Source of the DNA: Podarcis vaucheri
Taxonomy: Eukaryota
Length of the DNA: 64,000 nt
NCBI GenBank assembly: GCA_965113315.1
Contig: OZ220364.1
Strand: one strand, 5' to 3'
The position numbers and the translations under genes were made by a program. The first letter of the stretch is position 1. Every line of letters starts with the position of its first letter. Shown here piece by piece: positions 35,129 through 48,887 of this stretch. The notes beneath the pieces are model-generated. The model had not been told where the DNA came from. It saw only the letters and a list, made by a program, of their open reading frames with translations, and did no database searches.

Positions 35129-37129
35129 TGTGTTGGGGGGGAGGGATCAAGGAATTGGTACCAATAATTGGAAAACTTCAATAGAAACCAAAGCCTCTTC
35201 TGTATTTCTGCTTAAAACAGCAACAAAACAACAACAAATAATACACTGACCTGGGAATAAGTCCAATAGGGGCATACTTTTGAGTAAATATGCATAGGAT
35301 TTCTGTAGCATTTATTACATCTGTTTTAGCCCTGAGATATTAACAGAGAAGCAGATTTGAGCTGGCATGATTTTCCTGAGCTATGCTGAAAGTAAACACA
35401 CGAGCACATACAAATTAATGTATAAAACTGTAACATTTTCTCCAAATGATCTTTTCAATGTTTGTTTGTTTGTAAAAAAAGAATTGCAGGACTCTACAGT
35501 TTCAGTTTAAGAGTGTAAGGAGTTGTAGGTAGTGAAATGATCCACTTTCTGAAACCAAAGGAGAATATTAGTCATATGATGGCACAATGGGCCATCAGTG
35601 TCCCTGGCTGTTAGCCAGAAGGTTGGGACGGCTGTGAGCAGGATTCCTGCATTGCGGGAGGTTGGACTAGATGACCCTTGGGGTCCCTTCCAACCGTATA
35701 ATTCTATGATTCTGTTTCCAAGCCGTTCATATGTTAATGAAACAAGTGTGGGTTCAACAAGCCCGTCTGCCAAAACAAAGAAGATATGTCCTCCTGCATC
35801 TCCCTTTCCTGCCTGTCTTACAGGAATGACACTTTAAGGATATATGAAAAATGTGTCAATGAGACACTGACGTAAGAGGTGTTTCTTACAGCAAGAATGA
35901 AAAATCACCATAACCTGGGGAGGCCTTGTAGCCCTGCAGTCAGAAACAATGATTTACAGTACAATCCTATACATGCCTATCCAGAAGTTCTATTGTGGTT
36001 AATGGGGCTTCCTAAAGTAAGTGGATATAGGATTGCAGTCTTCTTAACTGTTAAGCAGATTGACAAAGGGCTAGTCCACACTTTCACTTATGCCATGCAT
36101 AGAAAGCATGGGTCCAAGCAGTTTCCTGCAGATTTCTGCATGACCCACACTTTCAAGGCATGGGTCCAAGCAGTTTCCCCCTTGCCCCACTCCTTTCCAA
36201 TTGAAAATCTGCTCTTTAGCAGCAGGATGAGAGGAAGTGTGGATAAGCTGGGAGAGCGAGCTCACAAAGTAACCTTAGTACTGTAGTCTCTAGTTAAATG
36301 AGACAGCTCTGTGGTGTCCCCAGTTCCAAAAACAATTCAGGACAATGTCCCTTATTTTAAACACAAACAAGGAAGAATGCCAAAAACAGAAAGGAGCAAC
36401 ATAGTGGAACTCAGAAGACAAAAAGTACTGTACTCCCATAGAAATGAAATGGCCTGTTATGGTTTGCATTTTGCTGGAAGAAACCTATATTATTATCAGA
36501 ATGTTCTGGCTGAAGGCAAAACATACTTAACTGTAGCTAAAGTCACACAGGTGATGTTATCTGAATTAGAGCTGACAGACCATGGCAGGAAAGTCAAAGG
36601 ACAACCAGTACGTAAAACTAATTAATGCATCTCCCCCTCCCCCTCCCCCCCGCCAGCATTGCACCTTCCACAGAAAAATTCTAGGAGTCTGTAAGGATTC
36701 AACATTTCCTTCTGATACAATCTGTAAATGTATTTTTATGTAGGTAAGAATCAAGTAGGTAAGGTGTGGGGAACCCATGGTCCTTCTCCACACATTTCTA
36801 GACTACATGTCCTATCATCCTTGATCCTTAGTAATGTCAGCTGATGGTGATGGGAGTTGGAATCCATCATCTGGAGGGTCCGAGGGTTCCCACCCCTGAA
36901 GTAGAAGGCATATATTTAAAATTAAAGATGTGTGTGTCTTAGGATGGAGGCGTGTGCACACGTATATACACATGCAGTTTTCTTCTTAAACCCTAACTTG
37001 ATCACCATCTAAGAGAATGTAATAAAGGCTTGCTTTGCTCTGTACTTTGGTAGCTGTTATCTCATAACATGCTTTCCCATGTACTTCTTCATGCAGCGCA
37101 TAGTTAAACTATGAAACAGGAGGCAGTGA

Positions 37130-37382
37130 TGGACAAAATGTTGGACAGCTTTTGAAGAGGATTAGACAGATTCATGGAGGATGCTGTCAGTGGCTACCAG
37201 CTGTGATGGCTACTAGCTCTGCCTCCACTGCTGGAGACAAAATGCTTCTGAATACCAGCTGCTGGAAGCCACAGGCAGGGAGAGTGCCCTTGTCCTCCTT
37301 GTGAGTTTCCAACAGGCGTCTGGGTGGCCACTGTGAGAACAGGATGTTGGATTAGATGGGCCAGAAGGCTCTTCTTATGTTC
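37130..37382 (+). mobile_element. CR1 LINE 3' end
   Basis: GGATTAGACAGATTCATGGAGGAT...CTGTGAGAACAGGATGTTGGA...CTTCTTATGTTC resembles squamate CR1 3' ends; partial related pieces at about 14870-15030 and 17300-17430. Confidence 0.65.
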
Positions 37383-38089
37383 GCACCACACCCTTAAAAG
37401 TCCACAGTTCACATTTTAGATGGGAAACAGATCCGCAGCAACTCTAAGGAATATACTGTACCGGTAAGCCCAGCTCTTTCGACTCCCAGACCTGTACTCT
37501 GTTACACTGGATGTCCCAGCAAACATTCTATCATGGGTACTCCACAATACCAAGAAATAGACAACCTTATAAAAAACCTAGCAAAATGTGGTTCCCAGCG
37601 ACCTTTCATGAGGTTGTAGCTGGTTCCATTGGTTCCCTATCTGCGCTTCCTAGTTTCCTATTTGATTCAACAGGTCGGACCTAGCAGAAGCCAGTGCGAC
37701 AGCTCCCACTAGTGCAATTCCCTGCAGTGCAATGCATCCTGCTCCGGAGTGTGGGGAGAACCCCCAGAACAGTGCAGGCAGGGGGTTGGGGAGACGCGAG
37801 AAAAGGCGGCATATAAATGCAACAAGTACACAAATTCTAAAGAAGCACAAAGGAAACCCAAGCGCAGGCAGGAAAAAATGCTCTTCCGTATTTGGAGCAG
37901 TTCAGCTCCGGCTGGTCTTCAAGTGTGAGAGGTACGTGCCATAGAATCACAGAACTGTAGAGTTGGACTCAGAGGGTCATCTACTCCAACCCCTGCAGTA
38001 ATATTTTGCTCCCCGCGGAACTTGCACCCAGGACCCTGAGTTTAAGAGCCTCAGGTTCTATTGACTGAGCAGCATCTTCTAACACCCCT

Positions 38090-38930
38090 CCGACCCCGTC
38101 ATGACTCCCGGACATGCTCCCTAGTCCCCATCAAAACTGAGTGGAGATGCACGAATAGGGAACGTCCGAAATATCATTGACGGCCGGGCGGTGCGGATAC
38201 TGAGCTCGGGCAGCGCTTTGGTGCCCTCGCGCATGCGCGAGCAAGGAAAAGCCGCGAGGCAAAACAAGCACAGCGGGCAAAAGCGGAGCCGTGTCTTTGC
38301 GGTGGGCGGAGGAGGAGGACGATAATATGGTGGCCTGGTTGGTCCTTTCGGCGCGTGCGCACTGCGGTGTTTGTGTATTCTGGCTGCGCGGTGGCGGCAG
38401 CGTCGGCGGCTCCGGGGGAGGGGGGGAAGATGGCGGCGTCCTCGCTGGAGCAGAAACTGTCCCGCTTGGAGGCCAAGCTGAAGCAGGAGAACAGGGAGGC
38501 CCGGAGGCGCATCGACCTCAACTTGGACATCAGTCCGGCCCGGACTCGGCCTAGTAAGGGAGGCTTTGAGGGGGGAAACGGGGGCGGCGGCGGCGGCAGG
38601 GGAGGCTCCGCGGCAGGGCCCCCCCCTGCTTGGGCGACTGACACGGGCCCGCCTGGGCAGGAGCCCCGGGGCCGGAGGGATGCGGGGCGGGGATGGGAAG
38701 AGCCGAGCTGCCCCGGAGAGGGGCCGGTAGAGAAAGGTCCTCCCGGAGAAGCGAAGGGGTCGGGAAACCCGGGGCGGGGAAACAAGGGGGCTCTTGTTTA
38801 CCACGGAGCCTGGGGGAGGCGGAGGCCCAAGGCACACCGGGGCCGGGAGAAAGAAGACCGAGGGGAAAGGTAAAGAATCCAGTGGGGAAGGGACTTGGAG
38901 GAAGGCGTGGGCGTGGGGGGCGGGGAAGAG
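38090..38930 (+). promoter_or_regulatory. MAP2K7: MAP2K7 CpG-island promoter with NRF1 palindrome and YY1-like motif
   Basis: TCGCGCATGCGCGA at 38227-38240; AAGATGGCGGC overlapping the start codon; CpG-rich. Confidence 0.8.
38430..38553 (+). CDS. MAP2K7: MAP2K7 (MKK7) exon 1
   Basis: MAASSLEQKLSRLEAKLKQENREARRRIDLNLDISPARTRP; donor CTA|GTAAGG; 124 nt, phase 1. Confidence 0.96.
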
Positions 38931-41900
38931 TTTGAGAAGGAAGAAACGTGTAGGGAACAGAGTTGGGACCTAGTGCCCGGGCTATGATCTGCGTGTGGGT
39001 TTTTATAGGAGGACTCAGGGTAGAAGGAGAAGAAATGAGTGTAGCAGTAGGGGGCACCGACAGGAGGTCATTGGGAACCTTAGGTTAATCGATCTTCCTG
39101 GGGGTGGGAAACCACCTGTGTCTTGAGCTTATGATGTGATGGCGTTAGTGGACCGTGGTTCTTTGAGATTTTCTTTAAAACTGAGGACAGTACTTAGAGC
39201 TCAGAGTTGCTTTACTGGGGCCAAGAGGAGTTCCCATGCACTGTATTCTGATTAGAAAAATTGATATACGAGGAGTTATGCTGTAACTGTTATACTGAAG
39301 GATGTAAAAGTGGATTTAGGACCCCCCAATTGCCACATTATAACTATGTTTTTAAAGTTAGGGAAGTCTAAGCAACTGCTCACACCCTGCAGTGGAGAGG
39401 GAGGAGGGGTGGGTTAGGAATACCATGAAATAGCGATATGCTGGGCTCAGAAATGTCCCCAAGTGTATGCTTCTCTAGATCAGGTTCCTGTCATTTGCTG
39501 GACTAGTATCTTTTTGTAAACGAAGAAGTTCACAAGAGCTCTTTATTTAAGTTCTAACTTAAATACAGGAAAGTTCCATATTGTGTATATAGCAGTGCTT
39601 CCAAAACTGATATGGTTTCCCCACCCCATATTGGATTAAAATTGAATGCATCTTTCACCCTTTACTCAGATGTGTGTCAGAAATCCTTCTTGTGTCATAG
39701 TCTAGTTAATAGTGCATCTTGGTTTACTGTTTCTGTTTAGTTATCTTCATTGGTGTTTCTAGGAAGACCAAGCACTTGCCAATTGTACCATGGACTATGG
39801 CAAGGACTTACCTGTAGCCTCCATATGCTGAGGGTGTATAGACAGGTGTATATAGACAGGTGTAGGCATCCAATATGGTGAATTAATTTTTTCAAGACAC
39901 ACTTCAGCCTCTCTCATGACACATTAGATGCTCCAGCATGCAGTTTGGGAATCACTGATGGCAAGATGTGAATATATTCACTTGAGAAGAGAGCTGAGGG
40001 AGGAACTTACTTATTTGGCATATTTATAGGCCTCCCTTTAATAAAGTTGCCAGGGTTGTTCACAGCCAGAAAAGCTCAGTCAGTAGAGTATGGGTCAAAA
40101 CCTACAAACTTGAGCTACTGGTTTTGAACAGACTAAAAATTTCATGATCAACCAACAGCCCAAGTTTTTATGCTTACTATACCTGTTTGACCCATATTTT
40201 GAGATACAGAGCTGAAATTTAACATGAAGTTAATAATTTTTTGTACCACTGAAGGATTTCCCCCTGTAATTGTATTGTATTGTTACTAGTTTACTTGGCA
40301 CACAGGACAAAATCTTAGAAAGTGTGTTGATAACATGTATAAGTTTGTCATAAGCAACATAGAATGTATATTACAATGATAGTGACATTGAAAAGATTTA
40401 GAATATTTTAAAGTCTGATTTCTAATTGTTTGGCAGTAGATTATTCTAACTGTATAGTCTGTCTCTGTGAATAAGGCACTTACCTGTGTGGCCAAGGTGA
40501 AATTGCCAGGGCAAGAGTGAAATGAACAACAAATCTAAATCATAATTTTTTTCTGACAAGCCAATGGATTAATATGTTGATCAGAGTACCTCTGATAGTC
40601 ATTCTATGGTTGGAGCAAATCTCCAATTATAACAACTGAGACTTAAGCATGCACGGCTCAAAGTTTTGGTGCAGACACAGGGCTCTTACCAGTGCAGGTA
40701 GGTACACTCTACCCCATTCAGTATAGTGCCTGGGATGTCTCTGTCCCTACATTTGCCTCTACTGCATGCATTTGCCTGCTGCTGGAGCAGAATCCAGAAG
40801 TAGCTATGTCACTGAGAAAAGGAGAAGATTCCCCTTTAAAGTCAGTTAGAGGAGGAAAAATGTGAAGCTCATCTGTTCCTCACTGCTTTTAAAGTTGAAT
40901 TACCTCTGGAGCATGGGAGCTATTTCAACACTGTCTGGACCTCCAGTGCCGTGATAATGTGCACAAACAAACATCATGTGAGTGGATGCTTATTTATTAA
41001 TTTTGATGGTTTATGTCCCACCTTTCAATCAAACAATTTTCAAGGCAACTTACAAGCAGGAGGTAACAATACAACCCCCACCCCCAATTCACACATACAA
41101 TCTAGCAGCTGCTGGATGGGACCAGAGCTTGCTTTTCATCAGCTCTCTAGTCTCAGGGCAACTGGCAATTGAAGTTGAGTGTTCTTTCTAGAAGCAAGGG
41201 GGAGGGAGGAAGCAAATTCCGGCAGCTGCTCATTCTTTGGCTGATGAATGGGGCCAGACTGGTCTCCCTTTTGCCTTACTTCCTGTGAGGCAGGGGGTGC
41301 AGGTTCCCAGTGGCCCTGCTGTCCTGGCCAGAGACAGAATGGGATTCTCTTCTGTTTTCTGGTCCTTGTATTACATGATCTCTGCTGAGATTGAAATTGG
41401 AATGTGGTTGTTTCTTATCCTGGTGGTGTGGGAAGTAATTATATTATCCCATGCACCCACGTGGTTCTTGTATCTACATAGTACTGGGGTTTTCTGAATC
41501 CAGGATATAGATGAGCAGTTCCAATAGTGTAATGCTAATATTTGAATTGTTCTTTAATATCCAATAAAGAACAAAGAGCAGATTCAGTTTTGTGCCACTT
41601 TTCAAATCAGCTCACCTGGTGTAAGATGTCGGGGGCGGGGGATGGGAAGGGATGCTTTAGCTCCTACAACTAGTTGTGGGTTTAATGTGAGTGTAAAGCT
41701 TTCTGGTTCCACTTTCCATTGTGGTTTTGTGGCTTGGATGTAGCTTCTTTCAATCCTGAGTCTAGAAGCTGGAAGTGGAGATTACACTGTGTATGTTACT
41801 ATAGGTTAGTAGGTTATGTGTGTGTAATTAGTTAGGGGAGGTTTCTGATAACCCTTCCATGTATTCAGGGACTATGTGAGGAGGATTGTGGGGCTGCATG

Positions 41901-41977
41901 AGCTAATCCTGGCTCTATTGCAGCATCTAGCAGCCCTGTACCCCACACTTTATTATGTGAAAAGAGGCTTGCTATGC

Positions 41978-41978
<1 letters not shown>

Positions 41979-42022
<44 letters not shown>
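41979..42022. repeat. (TAA)n microsatellite (another at 48843-48886)
   Basis: Direct tandem repeat. Confidence 0.95.
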
Positions 42023-42024
<2 letters not shown>

Positions 42025-43872
42025 TTATTTATTTGCTACCCATCTCACTGGGTTACCCAACACTGTGGGAGGCTTCCAACAAAATAGGGAACCACGATAA
42101 AACATCAGTCGTGTGCATCAAGGTTCTCCACATAAGTTGGGATCTTGATGCACAGATGTTGGTATATTTGTAGAGCCCCTTCTCCTGTGTGCTAATTGCA
42201 GGTGAGTGGGCCTTCCTGCTGTGTAAGTGGCAAGAGGCAATTCCTGCTCATGTGGTTCTGCAAACCCCTTAACTTTGAACACATGGGGAGAGTCATTGAA
42301 CTAACCCCCCCATCCAATTGAATAGCCATTTCTGATCTAGGCTTTCTAAATATTTATTCAATGTACTTCTGTTTAGGTCACATTCTGTCTTTCTGAAATC
42401 TTGTATGCTTACTTTTCACACATTTGTGTGAGGGAGATAGTGTTCATGAATGCCTAATAATGTACCCCATTAACCTTAAGAATGTTTACAAAATATTTCA
42501 CAAGAGTGACAGAGTCATGGTCCTTCCCTAATTAAGAAGCATTTCTTCAGTAAGAATAGATGTGACCTTCTTATATGGTATAGTGGAACTAGAACCAAGG
42601 TCTGTATCCTTTCTACTTTGTCGTATGATCCACAGCTATTTAACAGAGAAAGTCTAATTTACCAGATCGTAGAGGTAGAGGAGCTTTTGTATTCATTTAA
42701 AAAGGACAAGACACTTGGTTTCTCTAGTGGAACGAGACAAGGGTAGTGGAGGTGAGAGATTAAAAGGAGAAACAAAAGTTCAAATATGCTTTATGGAGAA
42801 TCCAGATGCACCTCCAGGATTTTTGTTTTACACACTAGCCTCAAACTTAAGTGTAATGTGAGTCTTTCAGTATGCTTTATGCAGAATAAAAAGTTTTTAT
42901 TGAAGGTGACTTTTATGGATTTCAACTCTTTTTATTTTGTTCTGGGTAGTCCACAAAGGCAACAAAAAGCTATTATGTACTTGATGTTTTTTGCCGTACT
43001 CTCAAGCTTCTGATATAAAATTCCTGAATTCTACACTGCACTTTGATTCACATTTCAGGCTATCACATCTCATTTTGCATGTAGGTATCCTTTTAGAGAA
43101 TGAAATTTGAGAATGACTTATGTGGCCATGTCTTCATAATTGCAGGCTTTTTGTAAGAATATGTTAATAGTAGTTTCTTGTAGAATATGTGTGACTTTTG
43201 GTTTGTGCTGTTGGGTGCTTATATGCCAGATGTAAATGAACATGATGAAAATGGAGTGTTCGAAAGTTGCCTTGCTGAAATTCTCTCTTTTAAAGCAGAT
43301 CAGGTTAATCCATTTTAACTTAATAATGACAATTTAAGACACCTTTAAAAATTATTAGCATGAGGCAAGTAGAATTTTGTCAAGTTGCTACATTGGTATA
43401 GACTTCTCATACTTATAATTCTTGTAACAATGCTCTTGTGTAAAAACACTTTTCAGTGATAATGTGATCATAGCAACTCTATAAAGTTGTATGTACCACT
43501 TTTAAGAAAGGGGCTGTAGTTTAGAGAGATTTGCTTCCCAGTTTCTCTTAGTGAACCCATGACAAAAATGAGGGGGAAAGTAAAATGATGACTGAGACAT
43601 GGCTTCTTGATTTATTTTATTAAGATGGTGAGGATCAGTTCTTGTTTATTCAGGCTCTTACTTGCAAAAAACGGAGTGGAAATTGGGATTTCTTATACAT
43701 TTACAATTAATATTCACAATAAATGGTGGCTTGAACTGGTTTTGAAGAGTATAAAAGTCCAAGAGAATATATTTGGAAGTACAACTAGTTTTTTAATGTG
43801 AATGATGCCATCATTGGTAGGTTATAAAATTGATTTCATTGTGACATAAGTCCTACCAAGTAATCCTTATGG

Positions 43873-44351
43873 CACAGTTTTTCAACCATTTGGGGTCCAT
43901 GGCTCCCTTGACCAACTACATTCTTTGTGCGATACCCCTGTGGGGCTCAGGAGCCCAGTTATGTCACCCCTTGCCTGCCGAGCTGGCAGCTCCCTTGTGG
44001 AGGGCTCCCTCAGCCTCCTCTCTTCTCCCCATGGGAGTCCTCTGGGCATCTGCAGCTGCTGCCCCTGGTCTCTGAGCTGCCTCCCCTGCCCCAAAGAGAG
44101 CTGCCTCCTCTCACTGCCCCACAGGGGCCTGGGAAGCACGCCCTGGTCAGCTCCAGACACACCATTCACCTGGGAGCTTGTAGCCAAGGCTGCCGCAACA
44201 AACAACTGTTCAGACCTTTTGGAGGCAGAGATGTGAGAAAGCATCAGATGAAGGGAGGGAAAGAGGGACAGAGGCCAGTATTGCCCATGGCACTCCTGAA
44301 CATCATTCAAGGCACCCCAGGGTGCCGTGGCACACTGATTGAAAACCACTG
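43873..44351. mobile_element. Non-autonomous hAT-type DNA transposon
   Basis: Imperfect TIRs CACAGTTTTTCAA / TTGAAAACCACTG with 8-bp TSD CCTTATG(G/C) at 43865-43872 and 44352-44359. Confidence 0.7.
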
Positions 44352-45850
44352 CCTTATGCCTCAGTCTGCAAGAAGCAATACCAGAGAGCTTTTCATTGTA
44401 TATATATGATTTGATGTTATGAGCAGGTGTACTTTGTTTGCTGTTCATATTGCTTATAACATTATTTAGATCAGTAAGCCAGTTAATTAACCTCCATGTG
44501 TTATCATGAAGCAAAGCAAGGAGTTCATATCCTATTTCAGATCTTGTTTCCTTTCAGGGCATGTAGTGGTGGTCCAACAGAATGAAAGAAGAAATAAGGT
44601 GATGGTTCAGAGATGGTTTTCTTTTGATAAGCTAGAGTATGGGTGGGGAACCTAAGGCCCTACAGAGGTTGTTGAAATACAGTTCCCATCATCCCTAACA
44701 ATTGGCAGTGCTGTCTGGGTCTCATGGGAGTTGGAAGTCTGTTAACTTCTGGAGGACCCCAGGTCCTTCATCCCTGAGGTAGAGGCTGTTAGAGAAGATA
44801 CTGTTTTTATCAGTTGTTTTTTAATCTCATTAGCTCTCAAAACCAGGAGCAATCATTTCTACTTCTTGGGGATCAACTAAAAACTTTGTGAATTTTTCTT
44901 ACCTTTTATTTTTTCTTAGAGAATGGGCATATTTTATAACAAAAAAGAAATTACTTATGTGCATCAGTTGGGGTGGAAATCTTTTAGAAAGCAATTTTCA
45001 AGGGGAAATGAAGAGAAGTTATTAGCATCTGAGCACTTGGTTAAAAACTAGAACGCTTTGATATCTTAAAGTAGAAAATATTTTATAAGTTGCAGGGGCA
45101 TAAGGTTTTGAATAAGGTGAGATGTTGCTTGTGAGAGGTCTGTTTAACATAAATAGAATCAAGGAGCATAATTTATGTTATCGTCTTTAGATTATCCTAG
45201 TCACCTCTTATGGTTCAAAATGCCGTTAGTAAACATCACTTTGAGAGTATAGCAAGATCATGGCCTTTAAAGCAAGTCTTTATACTGTGATCAGACCTTG
45301 GAACATCACAGGTAAAAGGTTTCCTAGGCATCTAGGAATATGAGATATTTGAACGGCATTGGTGCTGAAAAGAAGTGGAGTTTGCTGCACATAATATAGT
45401 CAGCCAGGTGCAATCTTGGAACATAGACATTTGATGCTGGCTTTGAAAAACTGGAGCTTTGCCCCGGGTACTTTAAGTACATTTCATGTATATCTATGAT
45501 TGTGAAGCACTGGGCTAGATTGTTGATGAAGCCATAGTGAATGGGTTTTGCTTTCTGGAAGGAAGGAAGGCCATTGACCAGAACACTGCTGTGCAAGGGA
45601 ATTGTTGACCAACAGAACAAGAACCATAGCCTTTTTTTCATGTTACAAGCGCTAGGGATGTGAAACCTGTGGAATTGATTCGTTACTGTTTGATGCATCA
45701 CATTTTCACTTTGTCTGTCCCCTTTGTTGGTTTCTTGCCACCTCCACTCTTTATCCTGAAATTGATTTGAATATGAGTTATTTTCATTTTGATGATTTGA
45801 TTGTTTCTGTTGTGATTTATCGTGTTTTTTTCTTCCTTTTCCCAATCCAG

Positions 45851-45898
45851 TTATTGTGATCACTCTAAGCCCTGCTCCCGCTCCATCCCAACGTGCAG
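45851..45898 (+). CDS. MAP2K7: MAP2K7 cassette exon 2 (48 nt, gamma-isoform insert)
   Basis: Encodes (I)IVITLSPAPAPSQRA(A); long U-rich acceptor ending CCAG, donor CAG|GTACCA; frame-preserving, phase 1-1. Confidence 0.92.
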
Positions 45899-48842
45899 GT
45901 ACCAGAACTTTTTATCATCGCAGCTTGGATTTCTTGCATCATTTATTTAATGCTTCCTTCAACTGCATAGAATTGCCACTTGTCTGCTTCTCTTCCAAGT
46001 GTGTGTCTGACCCTGCTTCCTTCCCCACTTTCGTATTCTCCTTTACTATTGATCTAGCCTTACTTGCCAAGACTGGCTAGGCAAAGCGTATGTAAGGCCA
46101 TGCATGAAAACATGTTTTGATTGTCCACAGCTGCAGTAGTTGCTTAGCACCTTCCTTTCCTGATGATGTCAAAGCACTTTCTGAAGACAGGTAACCATTA
46201 AATTTTCACACTGGTATTTTCCGCCTTCTATCTTCCACCTTCCACTTTAACATGCCAGAGTCCTCAAGTGGCAAATGGCAGAAATTCATATTGCCATACA
46301 TTTCCTTAGATTTTCCTGAGTGGAAAGGCAATGTTGAAATGTCAACCTGCATACAGCAAAATTAAGTAGGCTCTGCTTTTTGTGATGTGCAGTTGCCTCT
46401 GAGGTAGAACCCAGTAGCAGACTGTCAGTGCTGTTGCACACTAGTTTGCTTTAGGGCAGAAAGTCAAGACTGTCCTTTTAGTCAAGGGCAGCTGCTGTAG
46501 GGATTTTAAGATGGGAACAGAGTAGCCTTCCTTAGAGTTGAGCAGGGCTCAGATTTCTATGAAGCTCCTAGTAGTGTCTGCTGCATCCCACAACGGTGCC
46601 AGACTTTGTTTCTGATATAATCTCAGGAGGGCATATATTTATATGTATTTGTTACCTTTGTATGCCTCTTTCCCCCAAAAGAATTTTGATTACTATTAAC
46701 AGGTTTTCCATGCAGATTCCTGTCTACGTATCATTTGGTCCCAAATATGCTAAGCTTCAGAGATGGACCTAAATGATCTATTTCAGACAATTCTCTGGAC
46801 CAGTGTTATTCACTGGGGCTTTTATTGTACATGGTGTGCAGTAAATATATAATTGCTACCTAAATAAGCTGTAATTGGATAAAATAAGGTCAGGTGAGAG
46901 ATAGCTTTATTTTATTGTTGAAGAACATCCCTTAAACAGTTAATAAAATTCAGTGAAGCCCAGATCTAATGCCATACCCTACATGGTATGGGGTGGGAGT
47001 CTACAGCAGAAATAAAGCTAATTCCTCATTTTTTTGTTATTTGCTGTTGTTGCATGGTGCTGGAATCTTCCCTGCCTCTTACAGAGAGCTGTCCTTGATC
47101 TTCTGGATGTTAAAATTATGCTCTGGAAGTTAAAAGGATGCTGTACTATTAATATTGCTGTAGTGATGTCTCCTATTAAGATTAATGAATTAATTAGGTT
47201 CTGGGCATATTGGTGCTTATAGAATCATAGGATCAAAAACTGTAGAGTTGGAAAGGACCCTGAGGGTTATCTCGTTCAACCCCTTGCAATGCAGGAATCT
47301 CAACCAAAGCATCCATGGCAGATTGGACGAGTCCATGGTAGTACATGAAGAGGGTTGCACTGTAAATGTTAAAGTCACAGTCTTGGCATAGCCTATCATG
47401 CCAAGTGTTTTCTTTAGTTTATGCAAATGGGTTTCTTCACCTTCTACCCTGAGCTACTTTAGCTGTGCATTGTGAAATAGCTACTGCATTGTTTTTCTAC
47501 CCTAGAGGCAGCCGTCTTTGAGTATAGAAAGTACAGAGACCAGTCTGCCATTTTATCTAGTGGGTGCTTGCCTTACAGTGCTTTGAAGCCTTTCAGGATG
47601 GGAATGTGTTTCATTAGATTACCTTCCAATGCTTTCCAGTCTTGCCTACCACTAGCTCTTACCTGTGCTTTTGTGCTATGCCACTTGTTCTTTGCAGCTG
47701 CCATCCAGCAGAATTTCTTACCCTTCCATTTTCAAGTAGTTATTATTCTAACACTTTCTTCTGAAAGCAGCAAATTGATAGTTTGTATGATTATTAGGTT
47801 TAAGCATGTGTTACTCTTGACTTGCCAATTCATGGTAGCCATCTGAAGTGCACATGGTACAGGCAACTCATTATTCACCAAGGTTAACTATGCAACCAGA
47901 GCAGCTTGCGAGCAAGGTGGGTTAGTTTTACTTGAGTCTGCACACCTGATCAGGTACTGCCACAAAATCCCATCTCAGCTCCAACTTTTTGGCTTCATTT
48001 TTTTCAATTATTTATTGGAAAACTTAATTTTAGTTAATTTCTCTTATATTTGAGTGAATGGAAATATTCCAGCTTTAACTTTGAATTGTTTTTTTCTATT
48101 GTGGCTGTATAGAAAGTTTAAAATATGACCACTGTGTCTTTTATTGCCTAAAAGTCTAATGGCAAAGAACAATCCCACAAACATTATTTTGTAAGCTGTC
48201 TATTGAATTGGCAGATAGAGAAACTTAGGTGACACTTGCAAATATATAGGATTGGCAACTACCCGTATAAAATACATTAGCTGTGTCTCAAAAAACATGT
48301 TGCTACCTGAAATTCTACATGTGAGAGACCACTGGGACTTTAAAAGTAGACGTGCCTAGGATTTTTCTGTAAATGGTTCACTTCCATGTCTTCTTTCTGG
48401 GTAAATGTAGTCAAAGAGGAACATGGCAGCTTGCTGCTTGAATTCCAAAGGAATTCATGGATCATATTGCTGGATAGTGAGTGAGACATTTTGCAATTTA
48501 AATGGTGGAGTGCCACTTTTCCTCTCTGGTATACTTCTCCAATGATGGATGGACTGTTTGTTTTTAAATGGATATTCAGAATCTTTATTCTTTTCATTAA
48601 GGTAGAAGTGAAAACGCATATAAGCTATATGCATTTTGGGTTGCAGGCAACAATATAGGCTTGAGTTATTTCACTAAGTACTGCTGTACAACCACTTTCT
48701 AAGCCAGGGTTGCGGGATCGTGTTGGATTCTAACGAGCCCCAACCAGCATGGCCAGTGGTGAGGGATGATGGTTGTTGTGGTCCAGGAACATCTGGAGAG
48801 CCACAAGTTCTGCATCCTCTTCTGTGGGACAGCATGCTGCAT

Positions 48843-48887
<45 letters not shown>

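Noticed and set aside
43869-44514. ORFs of 103-210 aa in MAP2K7 intron 1
   Set aside because: They lie largely within a TIR/TSD-bounded non-autonomous hAT element and show no transposase motifs.
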